Assembly (NCBI RefSeq): GCF_011045215.1
Contig: NZ_CP049201.1
Direction: 5' to 3' (one strand)
Length of the DNA stretch: 64,000 nt
Origin: Escherichia coli
Lineage (GTDB): Bacteria; Pseudomonadota; Gammaproteobacteria; Enterobacterales; Enterobacteriaceae
A model generated the notes under the pieces. That model was not told the DNA's origin, made no database searches, and worked only from the letters and a program-made list of their open reading frames with translations. The position numbers were made by a program, and so were the translations under genes. Positions within the stretch are counted from its first letter, which is position 1. The number at the start of each line of letters is the position of its first letter. This document shows positions 33,473 through 46,658 of the stretch, in pieces.

Positions 33473-34281
33473 TGGAAACGTTTAATAGCCTGTTTATGGT
33501 TTCCCCGCTGTTGCTGGGAGTTCTCTTTTTTGTCGCCATGCTGGCGGGATTTATCGACTCGATTGCCGGTGGTGGTGGGTTACTCACGATTCCGGCATTA
33601 ATGGCAGCGGGGATGTCTCCCGCTAATGCGCTGGCAACCAATAAACTGCAAGCCTGCGGCGGCTCTATTTCCGCCACTATCTACTTTATTCGCCGCAAAG
33701 TGGTTAGTTTAAGCGATCAGAAACTCAATATCGCCATGACCTTTATCGGCTCAATGAGCGGCGCACTGCTGGTGCAATACGTTCAGGCTGATGTCTTACG
33801 GCAGATTTTGCCCATTCTGGTGATTTGTATCGGCCTCTATTTCTTGCTGATGCCAAAGCTGGGTGAAGAAGATCGCCAGCGCCGGATGTACGGTTTACCC
33901 TTCGCGTTAATTGCCGGTGGCTGCGTCGGTTTTTATGACGGATTCTTTGGTCCGGCAGCCGGATCGTTTTACGCGCTGGCATTTGTTACGCTGTGCGGAT
34001 TCAACCTCGCCAAAGCCACGGCTCACGCCAAATTACTCAACGCAACGTCAAACATCGGCGGTTTACTGCTGTTTATTCTCGGCGGCAAAGTGATTTGGGC
34101 GACGGGCTTTGTGATGCTAGTGGGGCAGTTCCTCGGCGCGCGCATGGGTTCAAGACTGGTGTTGAGCAAAGGACAAAAACTGATCCGCCCGATGATCGTT
34201 ATCGTCTCGGCGGTGATGAGTGCCAAATTACTTTATGATAGCCACGGACAGGAGATCCTCCACTGGTTGGGGATGAACTAA
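33472..34281 (+). CDS. yfcA: TauE/SafE-family inner membrane protein YfcA
   Basis: 269-aa polytopic membrane protein; 1-bp overlap with mepA. Confidence 0.85.
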   Translation: METFNSLFMVSPLLLGVLFFVAMLAGFIDSIAGGGGLLTIPALMAAGMSPANALATNKLQACGGSISATIYFIRRKVVSLSDQKLNIAMTFIGSMSGALLVQYVQADVLRQILPILVICIGLYFLLMPKLGEEDRQRRMYGLPFALIAGGCVGFYDGFFGPAAGSFYALAFVTLCGFNLAKATAHAKLLNATSNIGGLLLFILGGKVIWATGFVMLVGQFLGARMGSRLVLSKGQKLIRPMIVIVSAVMSAKLLYDSHGQEILHWLGMN

Positions 34282-34829
34282 TGAACAGTACACACCACTA
34301 TGAGCAGTTGATTGAAATTTTTAATAGCTGCTTTGCCGATGATTTTAATACCCGTCTGATTAAAGGCGACGACGAACCGATCTATCTTCCTGCTGATGCG
34401 GAAGTACCGTATAACCGAATCGTCTTTGCTCATGGCTTTTATGCCAGCGCAATTCATGAGATTTCGCACTGGTGTATTGCCGGAAAAGCGCGCCGTGAGC
34501 TGGTTGATTTCGGCTACTGGTATTGCCCGGACGGACGCGATGCCCAAACGCAAAGCCAGTTTGAAGATGTTGAAGTGAAGCCGCAGGCGCTCGACTGGTT
34601 GTTCTGCGTGGCGGCTGGATATCCGTTTAACGTCAGTTGCGACAATCTGGAAGGCGACTTCGAACCGGACCGCGTGGTGTTTCAACGGCGAGTACATGCG
34701 CAGGTGATGGATTATCTAACAAATGGCATTCCGGAACGCCCGGCACGTTTCATTAAAGCACTACAAAATTATTATCACACGCCGGAACTTACGGCGGAAC
34801 AGTTCCCGTGGCCGGAAGCGCTCAACTGA
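34281..34829 (+). CDS. epmC: Elongation factor P hydroxylase EpmC
   Basis: 182-aa ORF matching recalled EpmC (YfcM). Confidence 0.85.
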   Translation: MNSTHHYEQLIEIFNSCFADDFNTRLIKGDDEPIYLPADAEVPYNRIVFAHGFYASAIHEISHWCIAGKARRELVDFGYWYCPDGRDAQTQSQFEDVEVKPQALDWLFCVAAGYPFNVSCDNLEGDFEPDRVVFQRRVHAQVMDYLTNGIPERPARFIKALQNYYHTPELTAEQFPWPEALN

Positions 34830-34862
34830 AGCCAGCGCCACGTTTTACAATGAGGAAAGAAG

Positions 34863-35141
34863 ATGATCGCGGAGTTTGAATCACGCATTCTGGCATTAAT
34901 CGACGGTATGGTTGACCATGCCAGTGATGATGAGTTGTTTGCCAGTGGGTATTTGCGTGGCCACCTGACATTAGCCATCGCAGAACTGGAAAGTGGTGAT
35001 GACCACTCCGCTCAGGCGGTGCATACGACCGTTAGCCAGAGTCTGGAAAAAGCCATTGGTGCTGGTGAATTGTCGCCGCGTGACCAGGCGCTGGTGACCG
35101 ATATGTGGGAAAACCTGTTTCAGCAGGCGTCACAGCAGTAA
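34863..35141 (+). CDS. yfcL: Small conserved protein YfcL
   Basis: 92-aa acidic ORF in conserved synteny. Confidence 0.8.
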
Positions 35142-35147
35142 GTTGCG

Positions 35148-35250
<103 letters not shown>

Positions 35251-35261
35251 GCGAGAGCAGA

Positions 35262-37334
<2,073 letters not shown>

Positions 37335-37426
37335 CTATTAATTGGCTGATCGGACTTGTTCGGCGTACAAGTGTACGCTATTGTGCATTCGAAACTTACT
37401 CTATGTGCGACTTACAGAGGTATTGA

Positions 37427-38647
37427 ATGAAACGTGCAGTGATTACTGGCCTGGGCATTGTTTCCAGCATCGGTAATAACCAGCAGGAAGTCCTGGCATC
37501 TCTGCGTGAAGGACGTTCAGGGATCACTTTCTCTCAGGAGCTGAAGGATTCCGGCATGCGTAGCCACGTCTGGGGCAACGTAAAACTGGATACCACTGGC
37601 CTCATTGACCGCAAAGTTGTGCGCTTTATGAGCGACGCATCCATTTATGCATTCCTTTCTATGGAGCAGGCAATCGCAGATGCGGGCCTCTCTCCGGAAG
37701 CTTACCAGAATAATCCGCGCGTTGGCCTGATTGCAGGTTCTGGCGGCGGTTCCCCGCGTTTCCAGGTGTTCGGCGCTGACGCAATGCGCGGCCCGCGCGG
37801 CCTGAAAGCGGTTGGCCCGTATGTGGTCACCAAAGCGATGGCATCCGGCGTTTCTGCCTGCCTCGCCACCCCGTTTAAAATTCATGGCGTTAACTACTCC
37901 ATCAGCTCCGCGTGTGCGACTTCCGCACACTGTATCGGTAACGCAGTAGAGCAGATCCAACTGGGCAAACAGGACATCGTGTTTGCTGGCGGCGGCGAAG
38001 AGCTGTGCTGGGAAATGGCTTGCGAATTCGACGCAATGGGTGCGCTGTCTACTAAATACAACGACACCCCGGAAAAAGCCTCCCGTACTTACGACGCTCA
38101 CCGTGACGGTTTCGTTATCGCTGGCGGCGGCGGTATGGTGGTGGTTGAAGAGCTGGAACACGCGCTGGCGCGTGGTGCTCATATCTATGCTGAAATCGTT
38201 GGCTACGGCGCAACGTCTGATGGCGCAGACATGGTTGCTCCGTCTGGCGAAGGCGCAGTACGTTGTATGCAGATGGCGATGCATGGCGTTGATACCCCAA
38301 TCGATTACCTGAACTCCCACGGCACTTCGACTCCGGTTGGCGACGTGAAAGAGCTGGCAGCTATCCGTGAAGTGTTCGGCGATAAGAGCCCGGCGATTTC
38401 TGCAACCAAAGCCATGACCGGTCACTCTCTGGGCGCTGCTGGCGTACAGGAAGCTATCTACTCTCTGTTGATGCTGGAACACGGCTTTATCGCCCCGAGC
38501 ATCAACATTGAAGAGCTGGACGAGCAGGCTGCGGGTCTGAACATCGTGACCGAAACGACCGATCGCGAACTGACCACTGTTATGTCTAACAGCTTCGGCT
38601 TCGGCGGCACCAACGCCACGCTGGTAATGCGCAAGCTGAAGGATTAA
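37427..38647 (+). CDS. fabB: 3-oxoacyl-ACP synthase I (KAS I) FabB
   Basis: 406-aa condensing enzyme; matches recalled FabB. Confidence 0.95.
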   Translation: MKRAVITGLGIVSSIGNNQQEVLASLREGRSGITFSQELKDSGMRSHVWGNVKLDTTGLIDRKVVRFMSDASIYAFLSMEQAIADAGLSPEAYQNNPRVGLIAGSGGGSPRFQVFGADAMRGPRGLKAVGPYVVTKAMASGVSACLATPFKIHGVNYSISSACATSAHCIGNAVEQIQLGKQDIVFAGGGEELCWEMACEFDAMGALSTKYNDTPEKASRTYDAHRDGFVIAGGGGMVVVEELEHALARGAHIYAEIVGYGATSDGADMVAPSGEGAVRCMQMAMHGVDTPIDYLNSHGTSTPVGDVKELAAIREVFGDKSPAISATKAMTGHSLGAAGVQEAIYSLLMLEHGFIAPSINIEELDEQAAGLNIVTETTDRELTTVMSNSFGFGGTNATLVMRKLKD

Positions 38648-38649
38648 TT

Positions 38650-38745
38650 CGCAGTAGGCCGGAGTAGGTCGGATAAGACGCGTCAGCGTCGCATCCGACG
38701 TTACGCGCCAATGCGGCCTCCGGCACTAACGCCAAAGGGAACCCG
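38650..38745. repeat. REP (BIME) element
   Basis: GTAGGCCGGAGTAGGTCGGATAAGACGCGTCAGCGTCGCATCCGAC... immediately after fabB. Confidence 0.6.
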
Positions 38746-38918
38746 ATGGTTCCCTTTTTCACATCATTGACAATCGCCGCCTGTTCCAGGCAAACTTCCC
38801 GCTTTGTCGATTTCCTTCTGAAAAGACGTACGCGTTAAATCCTGCCAACGCACCGTAACCCTGAAACCAGAGAGATGAGACGGGGATACTCCTCGCCTTG
38901 CGCTGCATTCTGGAGTAA

Positions 38919-41092
<2,174 letters not shown>

Positions 41093-41321
41093 TACGTATC
41101 CTTATACCTGAAATCTTCGCAAGTATGCCTGGCCGCGAGATTATGGCACACTTGTCCGGTTAACTCTCGTCTCATACAGGTAACACAAACGTGAAAATCC
41201 TTGTTGATGAAAAAAACAAAGATTTAATTTATTGATATAAAAGGATTTGTATCAGCGTATGTCCACGCGGTGACCACATTTTCGAGAGGTAGAGTAAGCC
41301 CGCAACATTGCGGGCTTTGTC

Positions 41322-42113
41322 TTATGGTTCGATCGCCGTTTTGAGACGTTGTGTTGCTACATCAAAATAATGATCACTGGTTTCTATACCAATAAATTTG
41401 CGTCCTGCTTTCAGTGCAGCCACACCCGTTGTCCCTGACCCCATAAAAGGATCAAGGACTGTTCCACCACTATTCGCAGTCCTGACCAGCTCTGCCATAA
41501 GTTCTTCTGGCTTTCCGGTCGGGTGCATTTTCTTTGACGGGATAACCGGGAACGTCATGCAGCCGTCGAACGGACCTGAAGGCGATTTATCTAAATGGCC
41601 TTTGCTGCCCCAGACGATGTATTCACACTGATGCCGGAAATACCCCGTATGGGGTGTTCGTGACCCCCTTCCTTTGTTCCACACAATGATTCCACGCCAT
41701 GTAAAACCGCTGGCCTGAAACGCATCGGTTAAAGCTGGTAGTTGTCGCCAGTCAGTAAATACCAGGGCATAACCGCCCGGTCTGACCGCGCGGTGTGCCT
41801 GTGCCATCCATAATTGTGTCCAGTAAGCCCACGAACGGGCGTCCATGTTTTCACCCGCGAACCCATCAAAGCGGTGAAGGTTCCCGCCGTTCAGATATTT
41901 TGCATGGCTGCCCTGGTTGGTGCGTCCGGCCTTGTGTGTCGCACCCGAACTGTAAGGCGGGTCAGTGATTAAAGCATCAATGCTTTCTGGCTCAATCAGC
42001 GGCAATATTTCCAGCGCATTCCCACGACAGAGCGTGGCATTGTCAGTCTGATAAACCTTAGTGTGTTCCGGTGTATGTGCTGGTTGGTGCTGGATTGCGA
42101 TCCCCACGGTCAT
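41322..42113 (-). CDS. Phage-borne beta-class DNA amino-methyltransferase (N6-adenine or N4-cytosine)
   Basis: 263-aa ORF with DPPY (motif IV) near the N-terminus and FMGSGTT (motif I) near the C-terminus; 5' end overlaps the com-like gene. Confidence 0.8.
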   Translation of the reverse strand: MTVGIAIQHQPAHTPEHTKVYQTDNATLCRGNALEILPLIEPESIDALITDPPYSSGATHKAGRTNQGSHAKYLNGGNLHRFDGFAGENMDARSWAYWTQLWMAQAHRAVRPGGYALVFTDWRQLPALTDAFQASGFTWRGIIVWNKGRGSRTPHTGYFRHQCEYIVWGSKGHLDKSPSGPFDGCMTFPVIPSKKMHPTGKPEELMAELVRTANSGGTVLDPFMGSGTTGVAALKAGRKFIGIETSDHYFDVATQRLKTAIEP

Positions 42114-42255
42114 AACTCCTCATGTGTGTGGGGTGCTCGATGGCTCTCGTTATCTGGTTAAGTGTTTTGCAGCGCGGACATTTTATTTCAATGTAGTGAA
42201 ATGAGGCGCGGGCAAGTAGTTTGTTGCAATTTTTGCATCGTACATTTTGCGTCAT
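42058..42255 (-). CDS. Com-like zinc-finger translational activator (phage Mu Com family)
   Basis: RCKNCNKLL...IEIKCPRCK...EHPT matches the recalled Mu Com C4 zinc finger; AGAGG RBS about 8 nt upstream of ATG 42255; 56-nt overlap with methyltransferase start as com overlaps mom in Mu. Confidence 0.75.
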   Translation of the reverse strand: MTQNVRCKNCNKLLARASFHYIEIKCPRCKTLNQITRAIEHPTHMRSYDRGDRNPAPTSTYTGTH

Positions 42256-42302
42256 TTGCGGCACCTCTTGTGTGGTTACTGCTGCCGATATGATAGCAAA
42301 TC

Positions 42303-42337
42303 GATCGTTTTTATCGATCGGATTTATTGCATCGATC
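42303..42337. promoter_or_regulatory. Cluster of three GATC (Dam) sites upstream of the com-like gene
   Basis: Three copies of ATCGATC(G/T) at 42303, 42316 and 42334 within 35 bp, 48-82 bp upstream of the com start. Confidence 0.4.
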
Positions 42338-42362
42338 TGTTATGTCTATTGCTCATGGATGG

Positions 42363-42402
42363 GGATACCAAAAAGAAAACCCGCAGTTTTTACGCTGCGG
42401 GC
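42363..42402 (-). terminator. Rho-independent terminator downstream of the hok-like ORF
   Basis: Minus strand reads CCCGCAG-CGTAAAAA-CTGCGGG followed by TTTTCTTTTT. Confidence 0.55.
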
Positions 42403-42490
42403 TTGTTGTTCATGTCTGTGAGATAGGGTGCCTTATCGACCTTACCCTGACAACCGATTGACGGGGGATTGCTCCCCCGTCGCGGTTTCC

Positions 42491-42631
42491 TTACTGCTTA
42501 CACTGTAAGAACGCCGCAAACTCCGCTCCCCAGAAGCTCATCCGTATTTCGCATAGCGAACCGTGCAGCATCCAGATGATGAGGATTGCCGTCACGCAGA
42601 ACGTGATGGCCGTAAGCGATTTTTGCGACAT
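42491..42631 (-). CDS. Hok/Gef-family type I toxin-like small membrane protein (46 aa)
   Basis: Manual translation MSQKSLTAITFCVTAILIIWMLHGSLCEIRMSFWGAEFAAFLQCKQ; AAGGAG RBS 8 nt upstream; single TMS then SLCEIR...G.E.AAF motif as in recalled Hok/Gef; not in ORF track (<60 aa). Confidence 0.5.
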   Translation of the reverse strand: MSQKSLTAITFCVTAILIIWMLHGSLCEIRMSFWGAEFAAFLQCKQ

Positions 42632-42821
42632 AGCACTTGCTCCTTTTCCGGAGAGGCGCTAACCTTTCACTTGTCAAGGTAATGCGGTTAGGGCCTCGGT
42701 TAAACAGAGATGTTTTCCGGGGCCTTTCCACATCTGGCCTTCGGGTATTCCCTCCGACCATCAGCCGAAAGGCACCCGCGCGTAATCTATCGCTTTTTTG
42801 TTACTCCGGCAATTCTGCCTG

Positions 42822-43082
42822 TTAATTCTGAGGTAAAGGCAAACTCATCTGATTGTTTCCCCTGTGTGAAGCTGGCAGATCATGCCATGGGATACCTTCT
42901 GATGAGTGAACGCCGGAGGCGTGTTTCGATGTAAATTTATGGAAAGCTTCCAGTGTTGAGAAGCATACGCCGCATTCCAGGTTGTTACACTGGTAATACT
43001 TTTGCCGCACGGTGTTTGAATCATTTTCCGGACGACTGGTGCGGATACGGGCAGATGCGCCACAAAGCGGACAACGGAACAT
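42822..43082 (-). CDS. ogr: Ogr/Delta-family zinc-finger late-gene transcriptional activator
   Basis: MFRCPLCGASARIRTSR...YYQCNNLECGVCFST matches the recalled P2 Ogr C4 zinc finger. Confidence 0.85.
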   Translation of the reverse strand: MFRCPLCGASARIRTSRPENDSNTVRQKYYQCNNLECGVCFSTLEAFHKFTSKHASGVHSSEGIPWHDLPASHRGNNQMSLPLPQN

Positions 43083-43124
43083 AGCGACCTCCCTTAACGT
43101 GGTGCTGTCGCTATTCTAAGTTCC

Positions 43125-44234
43125 TCACTCTGTTTCCGCTATCCATTCCGGGATTTTTGCCTCAAGCTCAAGCTGTGTGGTAAAGCCACTGTTATCAATG
43201 GTGTGCTCGGCTTTTGCAATAATCCAGTCCTGATTATCAATCTCGCTTTTAAATCCTGTTACCGTGCCATGCATTTCGGGGTAGAGTTCTGCGCGTCCGC
43301 GTGCCAGTGTGATGGAGAATGATGCGGCTCCGCGTTGTAGTTGTTGCCACTTTGCCGCCGCTGCGCGTCTTGCTGCCTGCTCGTTCTGATAAGTCTTGCG
43401 TAACACAAACACATTGCCTTCCGCGCCTTCCATATAATCACCTTCACGGCTGCTGCTTTTCTCTTTTTTCGGTTTTGGCGGTTTGCGGCGTTTCACGCTG
43501 ACTTTTTTCTTTTTCCCGTAATTAAGATCAAGCCAGTAAGCGCGTACCCCCGTATACGCCTCGCGGTCAGCAATGCGGAACTGATGGCGATCGCCGCTGC
43601 TGCGTGTGATGGCGAACGAGGGCAACGGCTGGCCCTGTGCGTTCACGCCACCGCCGGGCATGATGAATAACAGATTACCGCTTTTTACCGTGGTGATTGC
43701 GCCCAGCATTTCCGCCATGCGCGTAAGGAAGGACATGTCACTTTCTTCGGTCTGGTCGGCGTGGTCGATTTCGATATCCATCAGCATTTCGCTGATTTGC
43801 GGTTTCAGACCGTACCGATGAGCGATGGCGGATACCACACGCTCAACGGTCACATCATGCCAGGACATCTCACGTTTAACGTTAAATTCATCCCGAAAAT
43901 CTGCGCTTCTGGCTGAAACAGTCAGCCTGTCCGGCGGTCCTTCGTGAGCGATTTCATCAACAATGTAAGTGCCTTTTTCTGTCAGCGGTTCTCCTTTCCA
44001 GCCAATGAGAACCGTCAGGCGCGCGCCCCGTGGCGGTAGCTGCAACTGACCATCCGCATCATCCAGCGTGATGGTGAGCTGGTCCGCCTCAAATCCCCGG
44101 TTGTCGGTCAGTGACAGGCTCATCAGGCGCTCGGCCACGCCTGACAGCGTTTTACCCTCCGCGAGAATATCAAAATCCGGCATTTTCACGGGGTCTGTGC
44201 CCTGACTGAGCAATTGCATGGTGGTATCGGTCAT
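43125..44234 (-). CDS. P2 gpD-like tail protein
   Basis: Start at MTDTTMQLLSQGTDPVKMPDFDILAEGKTLSGVAERLMSL (GGGAGG RBS); matches recalled P2 gpD; ORF-track start 44366 rejected. Confidence 0.85.
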   Translation of the reverse strand: MTDTTMQLLSQGTDPVKMPDFDILAEGKTLSGVAERLMSLSLTDNRGFEADQLTITLDDADGQLQLPPRGARLTVLIGWKGEPLTEKGTYIVDEIAHEGPPDRLTVSARSADFRDEFNVKREMSWHDVTVERVVSAIAHRYGLKPQISEMLMDIEIDHADQTEESDMSFLTRMAEMLGAITTVKSGNLLFIMPGGGVNAQGQPLPSFAITRSSGDRHQFRIADREAYTGVRAYWLDLNYGKKKKVSVKRRKPPKPKKEKSSSREGDYMEGAEGNVFVLRKTYQNEQAARRAAAAKWQQLQRGAASFSITLARGRAELYPEMHGTVTGFKSEIDNQDWIIAKAEHTIDNSGFTTQLELEAKIPEWIAETE

Positions 44235-44391
44235 CTGTTCCCTCCCTGTGCGGCATGGTCGCATGTGCGTGCGGAGGGGGTTACTGCTTTTTGTTGTCGC
44301 CGTGGCGGGAGAACGGCGCAGGGGTGAGATTACGCGCGTGGTGGGTGATGATTGTTGCCGAATCATTTAACGGATACAAGGGGCTGAAGCT

Positions 44392-45576
44392 ATGAGTGAA
44401 ACTCGTTTTCATGGTGCCCGTGTTACGGAAAATACCGACCTGGTAACAGCGATTAACGATGTTGATTCCAGCGTTATCGGTATCGTGGCAACGGCGGATG
44501 ATGCGGACGCGAAGCTGTTCCCGCTGAACAAGCCCACACTGCTGACCCGCGTCAATGACGTGCTGGGAAAATGCGGGACAACGGGGACGCTTTATCGTGC
44601 GCTTAAGGCCATCGCAGACCAGGTGAGCACAAAGGTGATCGTCGTTCGCGTGGCTGAACACAAAGAAGAAGACGGAAAAACGCAGGATCAACTGGTTATC
44701 GGTGGTTCTGAATCTGACGGCAGCTATACGGGGATGTATGCGCTGCTTGTTGCAGAGCAGGATGAAAGCATCGGATACCGTCCGCGTATTCTGGCCGCGC
44801 CGGAGCTGGACACGGAGGCGGTAACAAAATCCCTGTGCGTGATTGCGGGTAAACTGCGCGCGTTTGTGTATGCCTCATGTCACGGCTGTAACACGATGGC
44901 TGAGGCGATTACCTACCGCCAGAAATTCAACGAACGTGAGGTGATGCTCTTATGGCCGGACTTCATCGCCTACAACCCGAAAAGTGGCAAAAACGAAACG
45001 TTCCCCGCGCCTGCCTATGCGTGCGGCCTTCGTGCGTACATTGACCATGAGCAGGGATGGCACAAATCACTGTCCAACGTTCCGGTTAAAAATGTGCTGG
45101 GGATGTCGAGGCATGTGTTCTGGTCGTTGCAGGCCGAAGACAGCGATGCCAACAGCCTCAACAACAAAGAAATCACGACCATTATTCGTCGCAACGGGTT
45201 CCGCTTCTGGGGCAACCGCACACCGGAAACGAACGCCTACATCTTTGAGGTGTATACCCGAACCGCACAGGTGCTGGCTGATTCAATTGCGGAAGCGCAG
45301 TTTGAAACCATCGACAGTCCACTGACGCCTGCGAACGTGAAGGATGTTATCAGTGCCATCAGGGCAAAACTGGATTCACTGGTTACTGCCGGGAAACTGA
45401 TTGGCGCGGAGTGCTGGTATGACGTGGTGGATAACAGCACCACGGATTTACGTCAGGGGCGTGTGCGTATTCGCTACAAATATACGCCTGTTCCCCCGCT
45501 GGAAGACATGGAGCTTTACCAGACGTTTACTGATGAATACTTTGAACCCGCATTTGCGGTGCTGGGAGGTGCCTGA
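44392..45576 (+). CDS. Contractile tail sheath protein (P2 gpFI-like)
   Basis: 394-aa ORF; matches recalled gpFI (e.g. RTAQVLADSIAEAQ, YKYTPVPPLE). Confidence 0.9.
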   Translation: MSETRFHGARVTENTDLVTAINDVDSSVIGIVATADDADAKLFPLNKPTLLTRVNDVLGKCGTTGTLYRALKAIADQVSTKVIVVRVAEHKEEDGKTQDQLVIGGSESDGSYTGMYALLVAEQDESIGYRPRILAAPELDTEAVTKSLCVIAGKLRAFVYASCHGCNTMAEAITYRQKFNEREVMLLWPDFIAYNPKSGKNETFPAPAYACGLRAYIDHEQGWHKSLSNVPVKNVLGMSRHVFWSLQAEDSDANSLNNKEITTIIRRNGFRFWGNRTPETNAYIFEVYTRTAQVLADSIAEAQFETIDSPLTPANVKDVISAIRAKLDSLVTAGKLIGAECWYDVVDNSTTDLRQGRVRIRYKYTPVPPLEDMELYQTFTDEYFEPAFAVLGGA

Positions 45577-46088
45577 TGGCTGTGCCAAAACATCTTCGCT
45601 TTTTTACGCTGTTTGTGGATGGTGAAAACGAAGTGGGTAAGGTGACGTCCGTCACTCTGCCTAAGCTGACGCGCAAAACCGACAGCTACCGGGGTGGCGG
45701 CATGATGGGTGCGGTAAGTATTGATCTCGGTCTGGACGACTCCGCGCTTGATGCGAGCTTTGTCATGGGGGGCGCAGTTCGTGAGCTGTTCCTTAAGTAT
45801 GGCGGCACGATTGACGGCACGCTGCTGCGTTTTGCGGGTGAATACTACACCGATGCAGAAAGCGACCTGTATGAAGTCGAAATGCGCGGACGTGTGACGG
45901 AAATTGATATGGGGGAAGCCAAACAGGGCGAAGCCACATCACACACTTACGCCATTAAAAACACCTACTACAAGCTGAGTGTTAACGATCGCCCGTTGTG
46001 GGAGATTGACCTGCTGAACTTCATTTACCGGAAGGACGGCAAGGACATTGTGCCCGATCGCATCCGTTCCGCGCTTGGGCTTGGCTGA
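45576..46088 (+). CDS. Tail tube protein (P2 gpFII-like)
   Basis: 170-aa ORF immediately after sheath gene with 1-bp overlap. Confidence 0.85.
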   Translation: MAVPKHLRFFTLFVDGENEVGKVTSVTLPKLTRKTDSYRGGGMMGAVSIDLGLDDSALDASFVMGGAVRELFLKYGGTIDGTLLRFAGEYYTDAESDLYEVEMRGRVTEIDMGEAKQGEATSHTYAIKNTYYKLSVNDRPLWEIDLLNFIYRKDGKDIVPDRIRSALGLG

Positions 46089-46142
46089 TAAGTAATATGC
46101 AGGCGGCGCAGTGCGTCGCCTCTGACTGAAAGGAGTTTCCTG

Positions 46143-46508
46143 ATGAAAGAGACGAAAAACATCGATACCGAAAACACGGTAGTTACTGACACTGTGAAAG
46201 AAACCAGTGAGCGTGGCGTAAAACTTACCCAACCAATTGAGCGAGGCGGCGAAAAAATCACGTATGTGGAGATCACCGGGGCTATTGAGCAGGCTGGATC
46301 TCTGCGAGATTTGTCGCTGTCTGATGTGCTGAATCTGAAAGCGGAATCCATGTTTACGCTGCTGTCACGCGTGACATCACCGCGACTGGATGAAGTGACG
46401 ATCAAAAAAATGGCATCCCGTGACTTTATTCAGTTATGTGTGGTTGCCGTAAATTTTTTGAGCGGTGCGGACTCTGGCGGGAAGAACGAACAGGCGACGG
46501 AAGCCTGA
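46143..46508 (+). CDS. Tail assembly chaperone gpE; the -1 frameshift product E+E' extends to 46672
   Basis: 121-aa ORF followed by an overlapping -1 frame ORF (to 46672) whose sequence (PAEIFMMTPGEVVSWRERAA) resembles gpE' extensions; position between tube and tape-measure genes. Confidence 0.7.
   Translation: MKETKNIDTENTVVTDTVKETSERGVKLTQPIERGGEKITYVEITGAIEQAGSLRDLSLSDVLNLKAESMFTLLSRVTSPRLDEVTIKKMASRDFIQLCVVAVNFLSGADSGGKNEQATEA
46454..46460 (+). other. Slippery heptamer TTTTTTG for programmed -1 ribosomal frameshift (E to E+E')
   Basis: Zero frame reads AAT TTT TTG (N F L); shifting -1 at T TTT TTG gives FFERCGLW..., identical to the downstream overlapping ORF. Confidence 0.55.
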
Positions 46509-46658
46509 TCACGGTTGTGTGCTTTGAGCACATAGAAGACTTTGTGGCGGATATTGCCGCCATTTTTAACTGGTCGCCCGCCGAAATCTTCATGATGACG
46601 CCCGGCGAAGTGGTTAGCTGGCGTGAGCGGGCGGCACTTCGCAGCGGGAATGCAGACA

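Noticed and set aside
41296-41317. Hairpin AAGCCCGCAACATTGCGGGCTT at the prophage-host junction as a terminator or att core
   Set aside because: Not followed by a T-run on the strand of the upstream methyltransferase gene, and the other prophage end is outside the window so an att duplication cannot be tested
42498-42761. 87-aa ORF as an independent protein-coding gene
   Set aside because: Basic, low-complexity product with no family resemblance; it completely overlaps the better-supported hok-like ORF in another frame and is better interpreted as a mok-like leader frame
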